DNA of 63,222 bases, the filler included, from Collodictyon triciliatum (taxonomy: Eukaryota): the NCBI GenBank assembly GCA_043381765.1. It is 10 parts of 10 records of this genome, joined end to end, with 100 filler letters (N's around TTAATTAATTAA, not from the genome) between each part and the next. Parts side by side here need not be neighbours in the genome. Positions count along the whole stretch, not along the records: positions 38,205 to 44,467 come from JBHJMP010004594.1; positions 44,568 to 50,829 come from JBHJMP010004595.1; positions 50,930 to 61,992 come from JBHJMP010004596.1; 7 more parts are not named here. One strand, written 5' to 3'. Under the pieces are notes generated by a model, which saw only the letters and a list, made by a program, of their open reading frames with translations, did no database searches and was not told the DNA's origin. Positions 39,147 through 51,812 of this stretch are shown piece by piece. How positions within the stretch are numbered: position 1 is the stretch's first letter; every line of letters begins with the position of its first letter. Made by a program: the position numbers and the translations under genes.

Positions 39147-40036
39147 CTATCTACGTCTCCGCTTGCGACTCCCTAAACTAATCCGTAAGTCACTGAACCT
39201 ACAAAGATCTACCCACACACACTTGAAGTTTTGTACAAATTCACTCACAGATTGCAGACTCGATTCATCCTTCTGTCGTTTTGGAGAAGCTGCCGACGCA
39301 GCCTCATATTCTTTAAGGGCTGTGCCTCCCATATGTTCAGTGGCTATGTCGTCCGAGAGCAAGCATGATTGAATTAATCGCTTTCCTAGTTTTTTATACA
39401 ATAAGATTGAATCTATAGTTGGTACAAAATAATTGAATGGGATGCATCTTGCTTTAGATCTTCCAATAGAATCTTCAATTTTTCAAAGGGGAAAAATTAA
39501 AGTTTGCTTCTATGTGGCTCATACCATCATGTTTTTGGACGATGGGCTGGAATTTGGGTGTAGCAAATGAATATACATGTCCCGTTTCCGATGCAATCAG
39601 CAGGAGCACCTTGAGGTAAAATGCAATTTAGATAAACTCTTGTCATGAAATTCAATATTTTATTTTATTTCTGCGTGAGTAAATCTTCTCAAGAAAAATA
39701 ATAAAGATTGCCTGGGTTCCTGTCAATGCGCTGAGTTCGAAAGCCTATGTCGATTACAAATAATTAATCCCAGACGCCTTTGATTAGACTATTCTATTTT
39801 GGTTTGTTTTATTATCTACTTTGGCACACAATTTTATTAAAATCTACGCCGTTCAATTGAAATGTGTCAACCTTTTTCATGATCCCTGCTTTTCTCTTGC
39901 AGAATGTTATCAACCGTCGACCTCGGTCTTCAATGAAGTTGATTTTTGTCTTGCGCTTTTCAAAAGAGTTTCTCTCGAAATCATCCTCTTCATACCCTGC
40001 TGCCCCGTGCTCATCATCCAAGTTCAATCTGTCCAT
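39147..40036 (-). CDS. SRF/MCM1-type MADS-box transcription factor
   Basis: Exons 40036-39872, 39744-39712, 39609-about 39524 and 39385 onward give KRKTKINFIEDRGRRLITFCKRKAGIMKK|AFELSALTGTQ|VLLLIASETGHVYSFATPKFQPIVQKHDG|KRLIQSCL. The exact C-terminus is uncertain because of a possible intron at about 39248. Confidence 0.92.
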
Positions 40037-41899
40037 GCTTTTTCCTCTGCTTTTTGGATTGTCTTTTCTGATTAATATGTGTAAAGTACTCATTAAGTTT
40101 CTGGTGTAAAGCATGAGCTAAAATTACTGTAAGCCGATTCCTCCGCATCTTGCATAAACAGAAATGAAGGTTGGAAAAAACGAGCTAGATATTATTGCTT
40201 TTCTTGGGTAAATCATATTGTCCCCACTAATAAATTCCTCTACAATCTTTTATCATACGTTGTATATTTAAGTATTTATATCAAGTTGTTATCCCCGCGA
40301 AGCGTATTCTTGCGGGTTTATTGTCATAGTAAAAAGTTTGGAGTAAAGTATTGCTTCTTTGGAACTCTCTTCTCTTCTTTTATATATATATATATATATA
40401 GCTATCCTTTTCCTCTGTGAACCGCGACACTCATTATGGAAGTGTCGCTGCCTTACTACCAAAAAGACACCGACATGCTGGTGAATTCCATTTCCCACTT
40501 CATGATTCCAGTGACTTTTTTATATTTTGAAGATGATTTGTTACGCAGAGCAAAAACTCGTCACGATAATGGGGTGGACGAATACGTATGATGCAGCCAC
40601 TGGTTTACTTGGTGTCGTCACGACACCGCACACGGACCGATTTTAGACGAGATGAGCACAATTGTTACGTATGTACTAATTTGAGTCAGCGGCCATCTTT
40701 ACCGAAGCTGCAAGCGAAAAAGTGACCATAAGCACGATAACTGCAGTTATTCGGGGATTCATCCCACACGTGACCGGGTAATGCAAAGACCATGCCCGTT
40801 TTAACATGGTACTAATATCATTCCCTGCCCAAAAGAAAAGGCGAGGAGATAGATGAAGCGCCATCAAGACGAGACACATTTTATTGTCCAGATACATACA
40901 AACGATTCCTAAAAGAAGATTGAAATATCATTATAGCGTAAAAAGGCATTAGAACAGGGAAACGTCACCATTCCAACTTGTCTACTAGTCTGATAAGTTA
41001 CTTTGAATTAAAGTGAAACCTACCGTTGTATCGAGACACTCGTACACTTTTAATGGCTCCTTATGTCATATATCATACTGAAATAAGCTAGTTCGTCACT
41101 CTGGGGAATGAAAGGTATTGGGTTGTGATATTTATGATTCGTTTTTTTCTCATTTTAATCACGATTTTCTTCAGAATGCGTTGCCGAATCCACACGAAAT
41201 CGTCAAACTCATCGCGCATAATTTATTTAACTCAACATAACGCGAACCAACTGCACCATCACGCTTACAATATTCCTGTTTGTTGCGATAAATAATCCGG
41301 GCCACAAGAATGAGCTCAAGACGAAAAGGCTTAAACGACGGGGAGTGATGCCCGTATGATTTACACACTCACTAATACCGAGACTGATAGAAACAAACTC
41401 TGCCTCTAGCGTGTGAAATGAACATGGTTGCTGCAGTAGCTGAGTCAAGTGGTGGAGTTGTCCACTCGTGTGATGGTGTTGTATGCAAGAATCTGCTAGT
41501 CCCTCTCCACCCAAACATATCTCCCTATGATTAAAAGGACTCGAGGCTAGCGTCCACCTCGGCCTGCAGAGTGGACGCACTCCCTCTTACTCCCCACTGG
41601 TCTTCGCGTCAAAACCCTACACCTCAAAAAAAAATTTCCCACTAGCCATGTCAGACGGAGGGATCATGATTCATCGTCGGAAAAAGGTACTCACAAAGCT
41701 AATTGAACATACTGTGTTCGGCCCTTTCTTCAAATATGCGCCTCATTCTGCCACAGTTGGGTAAACTCCTCATGCAACCGGGTGGGCATCACCACCAAAT
41801 AAATTCATGCACCCCTTCGCAAAATGTCACCCGCAACAAAAAAATCCCCCTACCTAAGACTTTGGCCGAGAAGATGGACAGCGAACTTATACAGCCCAT

Positions 41900-42591
41900 T
41901 TATTCGACATGGACGGGGAATTCGAAAGAGGCCTGCTTGCCGGTGAGTCTCTTGTAGATGGCAGCGAAGGTTCCGAACTTAGGCTCGACTGTCTCGCGGT
42001 CCTTGCGGTCCAGGTAAATCTTCAGCAGCTTGTTGCCATCGACCTTAACGCGGGTGCGCTTGCCAACAATCTCGGTGGGGTAGACGAGGTCCTCAAGGAT
42101 AGCCTCGTGGACAGCGGTCAGGGTGCGGGAATGTGGGCGCTTCTGGCGGGCAATGTGGTTGTTGCGGGAGGGGCGGGGCAGAATGCGGCGCTGAGCGATG
42201 ATGACAACGTGGGCACCGCTGAACTTCTTCTCGAGCTCACGGACAAGGCGTGTCTGAACCTGTACACACGCAATATAGAGTGCCTGAGAAAAATCGGACA
42301 AAAGTCGCGTGGTATGTGAATGTGGTAATATGGTATGCGCGTAGCGACAAGACAAGACAAGAGATTCGGTTGAACCTTGTGGAAGCCCTTCAGCTTACGG
42401 AAAGGAACCCAGATAAGCAGGGAGCGCTTGCCGGCAGCGTCGATCTCGCGAACACCAGCGATCTGGAGGTCGCTCAGATCGGCCTTGAGGTCTTGGTTGT
42501 TCGACTCGAGGTCGAAGAGAGCCTGGGCAACTTGCTTCTCGATTTCGGTGGCTTCACCCTTCTTGGCGATCTTGGCTTGGTATGTGGCCAT
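41900..42591 (-). CDS. RPS7: 40S ribosomal protein eS7
   Basis: Exons 42591-42376 and 42259-41900 give ...[18 protein letters not shown]...[30 protein letters not shown]...FEFP. Confidence 0.97.
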
Positions 42592-43754
42592 TCTGTGGGG
42601 TAGTATGGGACGGTGATTAGTCGTGGGATGTATGATTAGCTTTTCTTGTCTTTGGCGTCCCGTGTGCCCGTGAAACCAAGTAAAATGAGCAGAATAGTCT
42701 CAATGAACTTTGCGGTCCAGCGTCTGCGTTAAGTGCAGAGTGTGGCGATCGGATCTGAGGGTTTCGGCCGATCTCAATACATATTGGATGGTGATTCGTG
42801 AAATTAGGATGCTCTGGTTTGGGATTCAGGAACTGTGGATTTGGCTAATACTCTTCATTAATGAGAACACGCAACGAGCACGATAGATGAGCGCGATACT
42901 CGTTTGTGGTGGGAAAATGTGGGCTGCCTCGGGTGTTCTGAGTTACAGACAGCATTTATTTGTCTTTCGATCCTTGAGTCGCCAGAGCAAACGATCTCTT
43001 TTTTACTTGGCTGTTGCTTGGAACGGTTGTAGAAAAGCAAAACAGCAGAGTTCCGTCACCAAAAGGATGGCTTAATGTCCCATAAAAAAAAGGCATCCCT
43101 GAGTGAGAGAGCTATTTCCATGTCTAGCTGGTGGGGGAGTAGGATAGTCTTGCCCCAAGCACTTGAATGGGTCTCAATTTGTATGCTTCGCTTCTCTGAC
43201 TCACCTCTATCTGTGTTTGTTGTCGGGATTTGAGCAGGAAACCCTGTCAAGTGGCGCGGGAGGTCTAGAGCAGCGAGAGACTAAGAGATCCTTTGGTTCC
43301 TATCGAGTCCAGGGCAACACCTCAACCCTCTGTAAAATGCTGATTATGAAAATTTCTGCTTGTATGGTACCTAATATGCTCTGTCATTTGACTTGATTGA
43401 AAATATCATATGCTTATTATTTACAGCTATCAAGTGGCACAATTGCCTCAAATTAAACATCAATAGTACATATATTATATTTTCCATAAATAGAAATTTA
43501 CGAATTCTTCCTTGGGTATCGAGTCAGGGCAGTACGCAGGCTTAATCCAATCGTCGCGTTTTGTTGTCCTTTGGTGGGGCAGGGAGATGCATTTTATTTT
43601 ATTCATAAAAATAAAAATAATAAAAATATCCTAAGGGCATATGATATATAAATGAGAGGAAAGGGCACTTTTATGAAAAAAAAGGAGAGGCTAAAATTCA
43701 CTTCAGAAGTCGAAATTAAGTCAACCAGCAGGGTCACATACACTCCCCATGCTA

Positions 43755-44245
43755 TTATTCCAGCTCCTATTTAGTTTTCTTTCTTTTAGAAGAATTGATA
43801 AACAAAAGTAAACGAGAGTTCTTGATTAATTCAAAAGAAATAGGTATTTTAATATCTCTTTTTTTCTTACAATAATTTTACTTTCATGGCACATGCATAT
43901 GTTCATAAAGGTGGTGATTACATCCAAGAGGTCAGGAACATCTTGAACAAAATCAGAGGGAGGACTTTCGCGGAATTGAATAGCATGTCTGATAGTCTCA
44001 TCAAAAACATATGGGTATTATGGAATCAGGTATGTAGTCTAAAAAATTAGAAAAATAAAACTAGAATAGGCGAGCGATCCGAAAGCATGAAAGGAGAACA
44101 GTAATTTTGATGTGCACGACCACTTGAAATAGGAGTTTATTCACACCTTGACAACATTCGTTCCACCCGTAGCTGAGCAAGAGTAGAAGGGAAGGTCATG
44201 TTTTGATGCCAAGTTAAATGCTTTAGATGTTACCCTGTAGTCAAC
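43755..44245 (-). pseudogene. RABL2: RABL2-like small GTPase, 3' exons; possibly a pseudogene
   Basis: VDYRVTSKAFNLASKHDLPFYSCSATGGTNVVK|VFDETIRHAIQFRESPPSDFVQDVPDLLD|ELE* resembles the RABL2 C-terminus. One acceptor reads CATAT instead of YAG. Confidence 0.6.
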
Positions 44246-44343
44246 TATTATGCAAGCCAGTTCAATTATAATCATGTCGCATATATATGAAAGACTATGC
44301 CAGATAGGCATTCTGTCCGATGAAATACGATTCAAAGATGTTA

Positions 44344-44467
44344 TTTTTTCCCCCTTTATTCGATTCAAAGTGCAGTGAGGTTATGCCATACAAAGGGGCG
44401 GGATGGGAGCGCATGGGAGAGAGCAAACGCGAGTAGGGGAAGACACTACCGTGGAGAGGCTAGCACT
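44344..44467 (-). mobile_element. Longest copy of the poly(A) retroposon family, running into the contig end
   Basis: The minus strand reads ...GGCATAACCTCACTGCACTTTGAATCGAATAAAGGGGGAAAAAA, matching 997-1044. Confidence 0.65.
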
Positions 44468-44730
44468 NNNNNNNNNNNNNNNNNNNNNNNNNNNNNNNNN
44501 NNNNNNNNNNNTTAATTAATTAANNNNNNNNNNNNNNNNNNNNNNNNNNNNNNNNNNNNNNNNNNNNTATTTTTTTATTATTATTATTATTTTATTATTA
44601 TTATTATTTTATTATTATTATTTTATTATTATTATTTTATTATTATTATTTTATTATCATTTTAAAATGGAAGAAAAAAGCATGAAACATGAACCAGTCA
44701 AAAAATATGTAATTGGTGATAATGAATCAG

Positions 44731-46017
44731 GTGCTGGGTTCGAAAACACTGGGAATTATACAAACTGTGAAGTTATTTTCATGGACATCGAAAATATCCA
44801 TGTTGTGAGAGATAGTTGGAGAAAAGTTCAAGTAACGATATGAAATGCATAAAAAAATCAGATAACAGATACTCCATTTTATTCAAATTATATATGATAT
44901 TAAAAAGAAATGTACACTTCATATATTTCAACATTTATCTGCGCGCTAGGACTTGGTTAATGGCATTGGTCAAGGAGATGACAGTCGTTGGTACTCTATG
45001 TTGGAAGGGACGCACTGGTTGATTCATATCCAGTCGATTATTCGTGCTGCGAAGTTTATTGTGGACCAAATGAACCAGAAAGAATGCTCATTTTTAGTTC
45101 ACTGCAGTGGTTCTCTTTCCTTTTCATGCGTTTCCCTATTCTATCTATTTATTTTCTTTTTATTTTCTTTTTATTTTCTTTTTATTTTATTTTTATTTTT
45201 ATTTTATTTTTATTTTTATTTTTATTTTTATTTTTATTTTTATTTTTATTTTTATTTTTATTTTCTTTCTACTTATAATCTGTATATTCTCTTGCTTTTA
45301 ACTATCCGTAGATGGTTGGGATCGTACATCCCAGGTTGTTGCTTTGTCGGAGCTACTTCTGGACCCTCATTACCGCACGGTCTGTGGGTTTGAAGCGTTG
45401 ATTGAGAAAGAATGGCTTTCTTTCGGCCACAAATTCGCGACACGATGCGGACATGGGCCTGCCAACCGCGACAGTGACCAGCGCAGCCCAATCTTCCTTC
45501 AATTCCTCGATTGTGTCTGGCAAATCACCCGCCAATTTCCGTCAGCTTTTGAGTTCAATGAGAGGTTCCTGATCACCATTATGGACCATGTGTACAATTG
45601 CCGCTTCGGAACATTCCTCTGTGACTCTGTGAGCGAACGACACCAGGTATTCTCTCCGTGCCCAACTATATCGCCCACCTAACACCGACTATGTCTCTCA
45701 TACTGATTTTAATTTATACTTTTAACTATATTTGTACAGACATTTTCTTTTGTGTTTATGTCTGGCGCAGCCACATGACCCCAAAAAAAAAAAACATAAA
45801 TTCAGGTGCATAGACATATCGTTTCTTTGCCTCGTAGGTGTTTATCTACAATAAACCATCCCTATGGACTTGGATGAACCAGCAGATGACCGTCTACAAA
45901 AACGAAAACTACTCGCCTGTCGACGCGCCGTTGACTCCGAGTGATGGGATGTGGAATCTGCGCCTCTGGACCAACATGTATCTCCGCTGGACTGGAATTC
46001 AGCCTTTAATCCACTAA
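44731..46017 (+). CDS. Myotubularin-family phosphoinositide 3-phosphatase, C-terminal part, 5'-truncated
   Basis: Contains [10 protein letters not shown], an intact HCS|DGWDRT catalytic motif across an intron, [32 protein letters not shown] and FGTFL. Stop TAA at 46015-46017. Confidence 0.95.
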
Positions 46018-46313
46018 ATCGTGATAATGACGCTTTATCATCAACTCAGCATCTCCAACTTTATCAACAACGATAAGGAAGAAAGAAGAAACTCATTCGC
46101 TTTTATTACCATCATACTTCTTAAATCTTCGGAATGCAGCCATCCTCAATTATTTTCTTTGTTTTCTCGGCCTTCGCTACTGTGCTTGACATCACAGCAG
46201 TCGATATGTTCCGGGCTGGGCTTATCGATAAACTCGCCACGTTTGATGATAGTCATAGTTATAGTCAGACTCGCACTCATACTCATAGTCATGTCAAGAG
46301 ATAACTGTTTTTA

Positions 46314-49300
46314 TCAGGGGAAGTAATTGCTCATCGAGGCTGCCAGATGCACCAGGTAGGATGGGTTCGCATGCGTCCCGTCGAGGCTGAATTCCCTCCT
46401 GAAATCTGACCCATCAGGTGTAAGCAGCTCCTCGAAAAAGTCCAGCCATTGAATCCACACCTCGGAGCGAACCTTGCTGCGGTATACTTTGTTGAACGCA
46501 CAAACAATAGACCTAGGGGTAAAGGAAGCCAAATGGAATCAAATAACTTCGTTAGGAATTTATATCTATTTGTTCTTTTGTTTCTATTTTGCATATTCAT
46601 TTTTTTTTCCCCTATTTTATCACGACACCTTGTTACGTCGAGAACGGGTAACACTGGGTGCGCGAATAATTTTAGGTTCTTTTCCTGCTGTACGTTTTTC
46701 ATGACTCGCAAGAATTCGCTAATAGCTGTTTCGGATGCCTCTTCCAAGTTCTAGTGTCGTATTATGTGTACAATATTCTAAATGTGTGTAAATAATGGTA
46801 ATAAAATTACTTTTTCACCAAAACATGCAAGGCTTCAGACAAATTACCTCGTATATTGCTTTCTGTATGGCAATAAGAAATCCTTCCCGACAATCTATTT
46901 CCCCAAACATCACAATCACACAGGAATCCTTTGGAACTGATGCAGTGCACGAATCAATAACGATAATTACAAAAATGATATGGTCAAAAGTGATAAAAGT
47001 GAAAATTCAGAAAGACAAAAACGGGTCTCAGCCTAATAAGTTGATTACATACCCTATTTTTTTTCTTATGTTTATATGCTAATAGAGTCCAGAGCTTATG
47101 TGATTTAGAATTTGATATGGAAAGTTTTTTTTTTCATACTTTGTTCAATAGCTCGGTTAAATTGGTGTTTCGTGTAGAATTGACTCTCTTCTCTGAGGTG
47201 CCACATTTTCATCCCGGTTACAAGCATCGGTTTTAGTAGATATTGCTTTCCCTATTAAAAATGATTTACGATGAACATATATGTAATTATGACTATTAGT
47301 TTCGATTCATAAGTCGGCTAACCTTTATGGTTATTGTGTTCCATGCAGGACTCAAACAATGACTGTCCCCTAAAAAAGATACGACATTCAATAATTTGCT
47401 TTTTGGTTTTTGCGCCCTTTAGAATTGTTTCGATTTTGTGTAATAATTTGTTACTTTTATGTATGAACAAATGCATACCAAGTACGTATATTGTATCCAT
47501 TTGCTGGATGATTGGGTCCTTATGATATTCCAGCAAGTGATGAACACAGGCAAAGTAAGCCTGTTCGTTTCTTATGTCGGTAAGATGCAAATCTCTACCT
47601 TGTTTTAGGGTCTCTAACGGAATCGAAAATCCACCATTACTTAAGGATATGAAAGTATATTTCTAACTTTCTTTTTTTTTTTTTCCTCTTTTATTCGATT
47701 CTAAGTATATTTGTACTTTCGTTTAAAAGCATGATGTGTTTATAAATATTTCAAAGAAGTATCTTAATACCTAAACTATGATCGATTTTTCTCAATCTTA
47801 CAAAGTCACCGAGCAGATATAAGACCTTTGCGATTGTGAAGAAAATAGACAACAAATCTAGTTCACCCTTTGTATACTCCCTTGATAAATCCGCAGGGAG
47901 TGGTGCAGGTAGCAAAAAATCTGTTGTCAAGGTCTTGTAGAATGTATCGCCTGAAATTCCACCAACTTGAAGCTCTTTGTTTCTCTTTAAAAATTCCATC
48001 ATGCGACGATATGCATTCAATAATTTTCCGTCTACCTCCAAGGCATGTCCCAAATTCACAGCATAGGAGGCCGAACTGGGTGCAAGCTCAATAGCTTTCG
48101 TGTATAACTCGATGCTCCTGTTGATCTCTAATTTGGATGTGTTGAATGAAGTTGTTTTTTTGTTGGTGTTTTTGTTGCTTTTTTTTTTTTTTTTGTTGTT
48201 GTTGTTGTTGTTGTTAGTTTTTGTTGTTTTTCAATAAGCTTTTTATACAATTTTATTAAAAACAGCTTGGCAACATATGTCAATAATGGTTATCATTCAA
48301 TCAAATAAAAAAGGGATATGAAGTTTTTTTTTCCTTTATTCGATAAGGGGATATGAAGTTAAAGATTAGAAATGAGTAATACTAAGCTGGTGATGTTGCT
48401 ACACACCTCCATAATCCTTTGTTATTGTCGCCAAAAATGCAAAAGCGGCTGCTGTTTCGGCTGTTCCTTTTAATTCTGCAAATAGGTATTCCCATCCTAG
48501 TGGTGTAGCAAGAGCTTGCGAAAGGTATCTTTGAACAACTTTGTTGTCTGGGTGATGTTGAATAAAGCGGGGGTGATGGAATGAAATTTGATCTGTCACC
48601 ATCATTGTTTTCAGAGTAAATTAAAAGAATAACAAGCGTAAAATGAAAAAGGAAAAAATCAGCATCATTTTCAGACAACAAACTTGGAAAGTTCGAGTTT
48701 AATAATTCTTACCAGGAAGCTGAATTAGTAACCGTAGAAGGACTTTCACTGTTTCATCTGTTTTCTTGGAATGAAACATGATTATTGAGTACAGTATGAG
48801 TGCTTCCTTGTCTTCCATGTTTGCTTCTAAAATTTTCTAGATTTTTTTTTGGAAAAACGATTGGCGTGGATTATAACACCAAATTTTTGCATAACATTTT
48901 ACTAAATAAAATAATTAACATTTAGGAATGAAAAGACACAGCAATATGAGGTTGACCATGTAATTGAAAGCCTAAATACCGATATTGATGTAAGTGCACT
49001 TTGGTACATCTTTTTTTCGATAAATGATTCGCACAGTCCCATCTTTTTCATAAAACAAGACGAATTAAAGAAATAAATGATTGATAATTGAAAGCGAAAC
49101 ATTTTAAACGAAATTCATCATATCTCCCTCTCGCTTTTCATTTTTCCTTCTCTTTTTTTTCGAGAATTTTTTTACTAAGTCATACCAAACTTAATCTTAG
49201 AATTACAGGGTCTCTGCTGATCAATAAAATAGATTCATATATTTTGATGCTCTTCTCCATTTCTCCTGCTTTACAATAGCACTCGCCCAATCTTGTTTAA

Positions 49301-50698
49301 AATATGTATATGGGAGACAGAGAATGAGGTGCAAATATTATATAATTCCTAGTATTGTGTTATATTTTAATGATGCATTTTTGGAACACCTTATAAGAAC
49401 GAGGGGATTGTCTATTATTTTTGATGCCCTCTCCAAAAAAGGAATCGCCTGGTGGTACTTCTTGATTTCAGTTAGTATATCGCCTATGATGATATATTAT
49501 GGAAGATTATGAGAATAGGATACCGAGTTTGATTCCATAAAAAAAAAAGTATTCAAAAAAATATGTCAAATGTATATCTAGAAAAATTAGTGAAAAAGGA
49601 CACCTATTGATATGAGGCAAAATACGTCATCAGGGTGGATATGAAGCCCTTGCTTGCATATTTCGATGGCATTCTAAAGCGTCGAATGAAATGGAATTTA
49701 ATGGTTTTGAGGGAAATTTCATAGAGAAGTAAGTTGCATATCATCCCCGCGTATGTGTCAAGCTGTTTAATTTTTAAACTACCTTGTATCTCTTTGCATC
49801 CTTCAGAGAAGTGACTGCATCCTTCAAAGAGAGGTTTTTTGAATTGGAGGAACTATTGATTTTATGCTCAATCAAAATATGAATTTTAAACATGTAGGCA
49901 GACATATTGTCATACTCATGCCTTTAACGGTATTATTCAAAACAAATCGTTAAGAGAGAAAGAGAAACAATTTCTTATTGAAACCTGACTTCTCCTGGAA
50001 TGCATTTGGAATATTGATGTCCATTTTTTTTTTGTTTTTATTTTTTGTGTGATATTAACCACATTAATGAAATACAGTTCGAGTTACGAAAAATGGTGGT
50101 GGTGATTTTTTGCACAATGTAGTATTTGTTTTTGGTCTGGATTACGCGTTCAAACCTTCTTTGTGTGGAGATGGTTCAGCACTTTGGTAAAGAAATAAAT
50201 CATCCCCGTGCTTGAGAATCGAGGTTATCTTATCCTTTGGGTTAACCTTGGACTTTCTACAAATTTTAAATGTATCATTTTGTTTTGTTTAAGGGTATCC
50301 TCTAGTGCAATTTCTGATATTTATAAGGCTAACAATTTTTTTTATTGCTTGGGTGTTATTAAGTATCATATCTTTATCGCTTTGGAGCATATCTTGGTAG
50401 ACAATAGCATAATAATCTGACCTAACCTTTGTGTTTTGTAACCGATTTTATCCTTGGAAATTATCTCACCGCCATGCTGCTCTGCATAATAAACGATGAA
50501 CTCCTGGATATATTAGCAAATAGTTGAAGAACAAATAAATAGTCGTGAAGCAACCCGAGAGTTCAAGTATGGTGATTTGCTATGATTTGTTCTGAAGTAA
50601 ACCTCAGCGATCTGTTCAAAGGTCCTTTCGTCGGTCTTTTCTAGAACAACAACCTTCGTGCACTGCGGCTCCGACTCCCAATGAACGTACACTTTCAT
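46314..50698 (-). CDS. TPR-repeat protein with a C-terminal SGNH-hydrolase-like domain
   Basis: Many exons. The N-terminus is MKVYVHWESEP...LKHGDDLFL. TPR-like segments include GDILTEIKKYHQAIPFLERA and LGECYCKAGEMEKSIKIYE. The C-terminus has IYVLG|DSH, FGEIDCREG and DGTH, ending in TGA at 46314-46316. Confidence 0.8.
47672..47702 (-). mobile_element. Short retroposon tail with a degenerate TSD (intronic)
   Basis: T13-CCTCTTTTATTCGATTCT is flanked by AAGTATATTTCTAACTTTC and AAGTATATTTGTACTTTC. Confidence 0.6.
48326..48347 (-). mobile_element. Short retroposon tail with a 13-bp TSD (intronic)
   Basis: T7-CCTTTATTCGATAAG is flanked by GGGATATGAAGTT at 48313-48325 and 48348-48360. Confidence 0.75.
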
Positions 50699-51812
50699 CT
50701 TCTTGGTTGCATCGGTTATTGTCTTGTTTTTGGTTTTTTGGTTTTTGTTTTTTTTGTTTTTTTTTGTTTTTTTGTTTTTTTGTTTTTTTGTTTTTTTGTT
50801 TTTTTTTTTTTTTTTTTGTTTTTTTTTTTNNNNNNNNNNNNNNNNNNNNNNNNNNNNNNNNNNNNNNNNNNNNTTAATTAATTAANNNNNNNNNNNNNNN
50901 NNNNNNNNNNNNNNNNNNNNNNNNNNNNNTATTTTTATTTTTATTTTTATTTTTATTTTTATTTTTATTTTTATTTTTATTTTTTTGTTCTTGTTTTTTG
51001 AGAAAGGGCTGGCCTAATATTGAATTACCGACTTAAATAACAAAAGCTGGATTTAATTTGGATGTAGAACTAAAATATCGCAGCGCGCTGGAATGAATCG
51101 TGTTTGGCTTTGATAGACGAAATCATGTGTCAGCACTCATGGCCACAGGCAGGCAAAGCAAAGGCCAAAGAGAAGCTCTGACCGCCACGATACTTAAGGA
51201 CGCAAAAGAAGCAAATCAAGAAATAATAGTTAATGAAGAGAACTCGTTTTTTTGGAACTATGAGGCGAGAACAGCTCAATCATGAATCTTTTTTTGATTT
51301 CCCTCAAACTGGATTCGCATCTTTGTAAGCAAATGCATACGTGAATCATGTGGAAGCAATACATATAATGATTAAAACGCCTACAAATGGTCTCAGCCAT
51401 GATTATATTTCCAATTATTTTATACTTAGCCATGATTGTATATTATTATGCACAATGCGGCTCTGAGTACACATACAAAATAAATAGTGCAGAACAATAC
51501 ATATTTTCGAATAATAAAAACTTGATAGGATGCACAACATAATTTTTACTCTTCCATACGCATGTGTGAGATAGGGAGTTTTGGGTTTTGTTTAGTAGCC
51601 GATGTACAATGCGAAATACAACACGGAATGAGGTTTAATTGGTGATAAAATGAAAAGATATATAAAAATTGGATCTCTCTTCTATTTTATGCTGTGCTGT
51701 TATGCATGTAAAAAAGTGTGGATTAAAATAATTTAACTATAAATATATTTATTTGTGTAACAGTATACATTTTGTGATTATCTACTAAATAAATATTTAT
51801 TGGACGGTCATT

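Noticed and set aside
41170-41640. GC-balanced tract with a hairpin (GCGTCCAC...GTGGACGC) and an A-run, possibly a retroelement 3' end or ncRNA
   Set aside because: No TSD, second copy or recognisable RNA motif was found.
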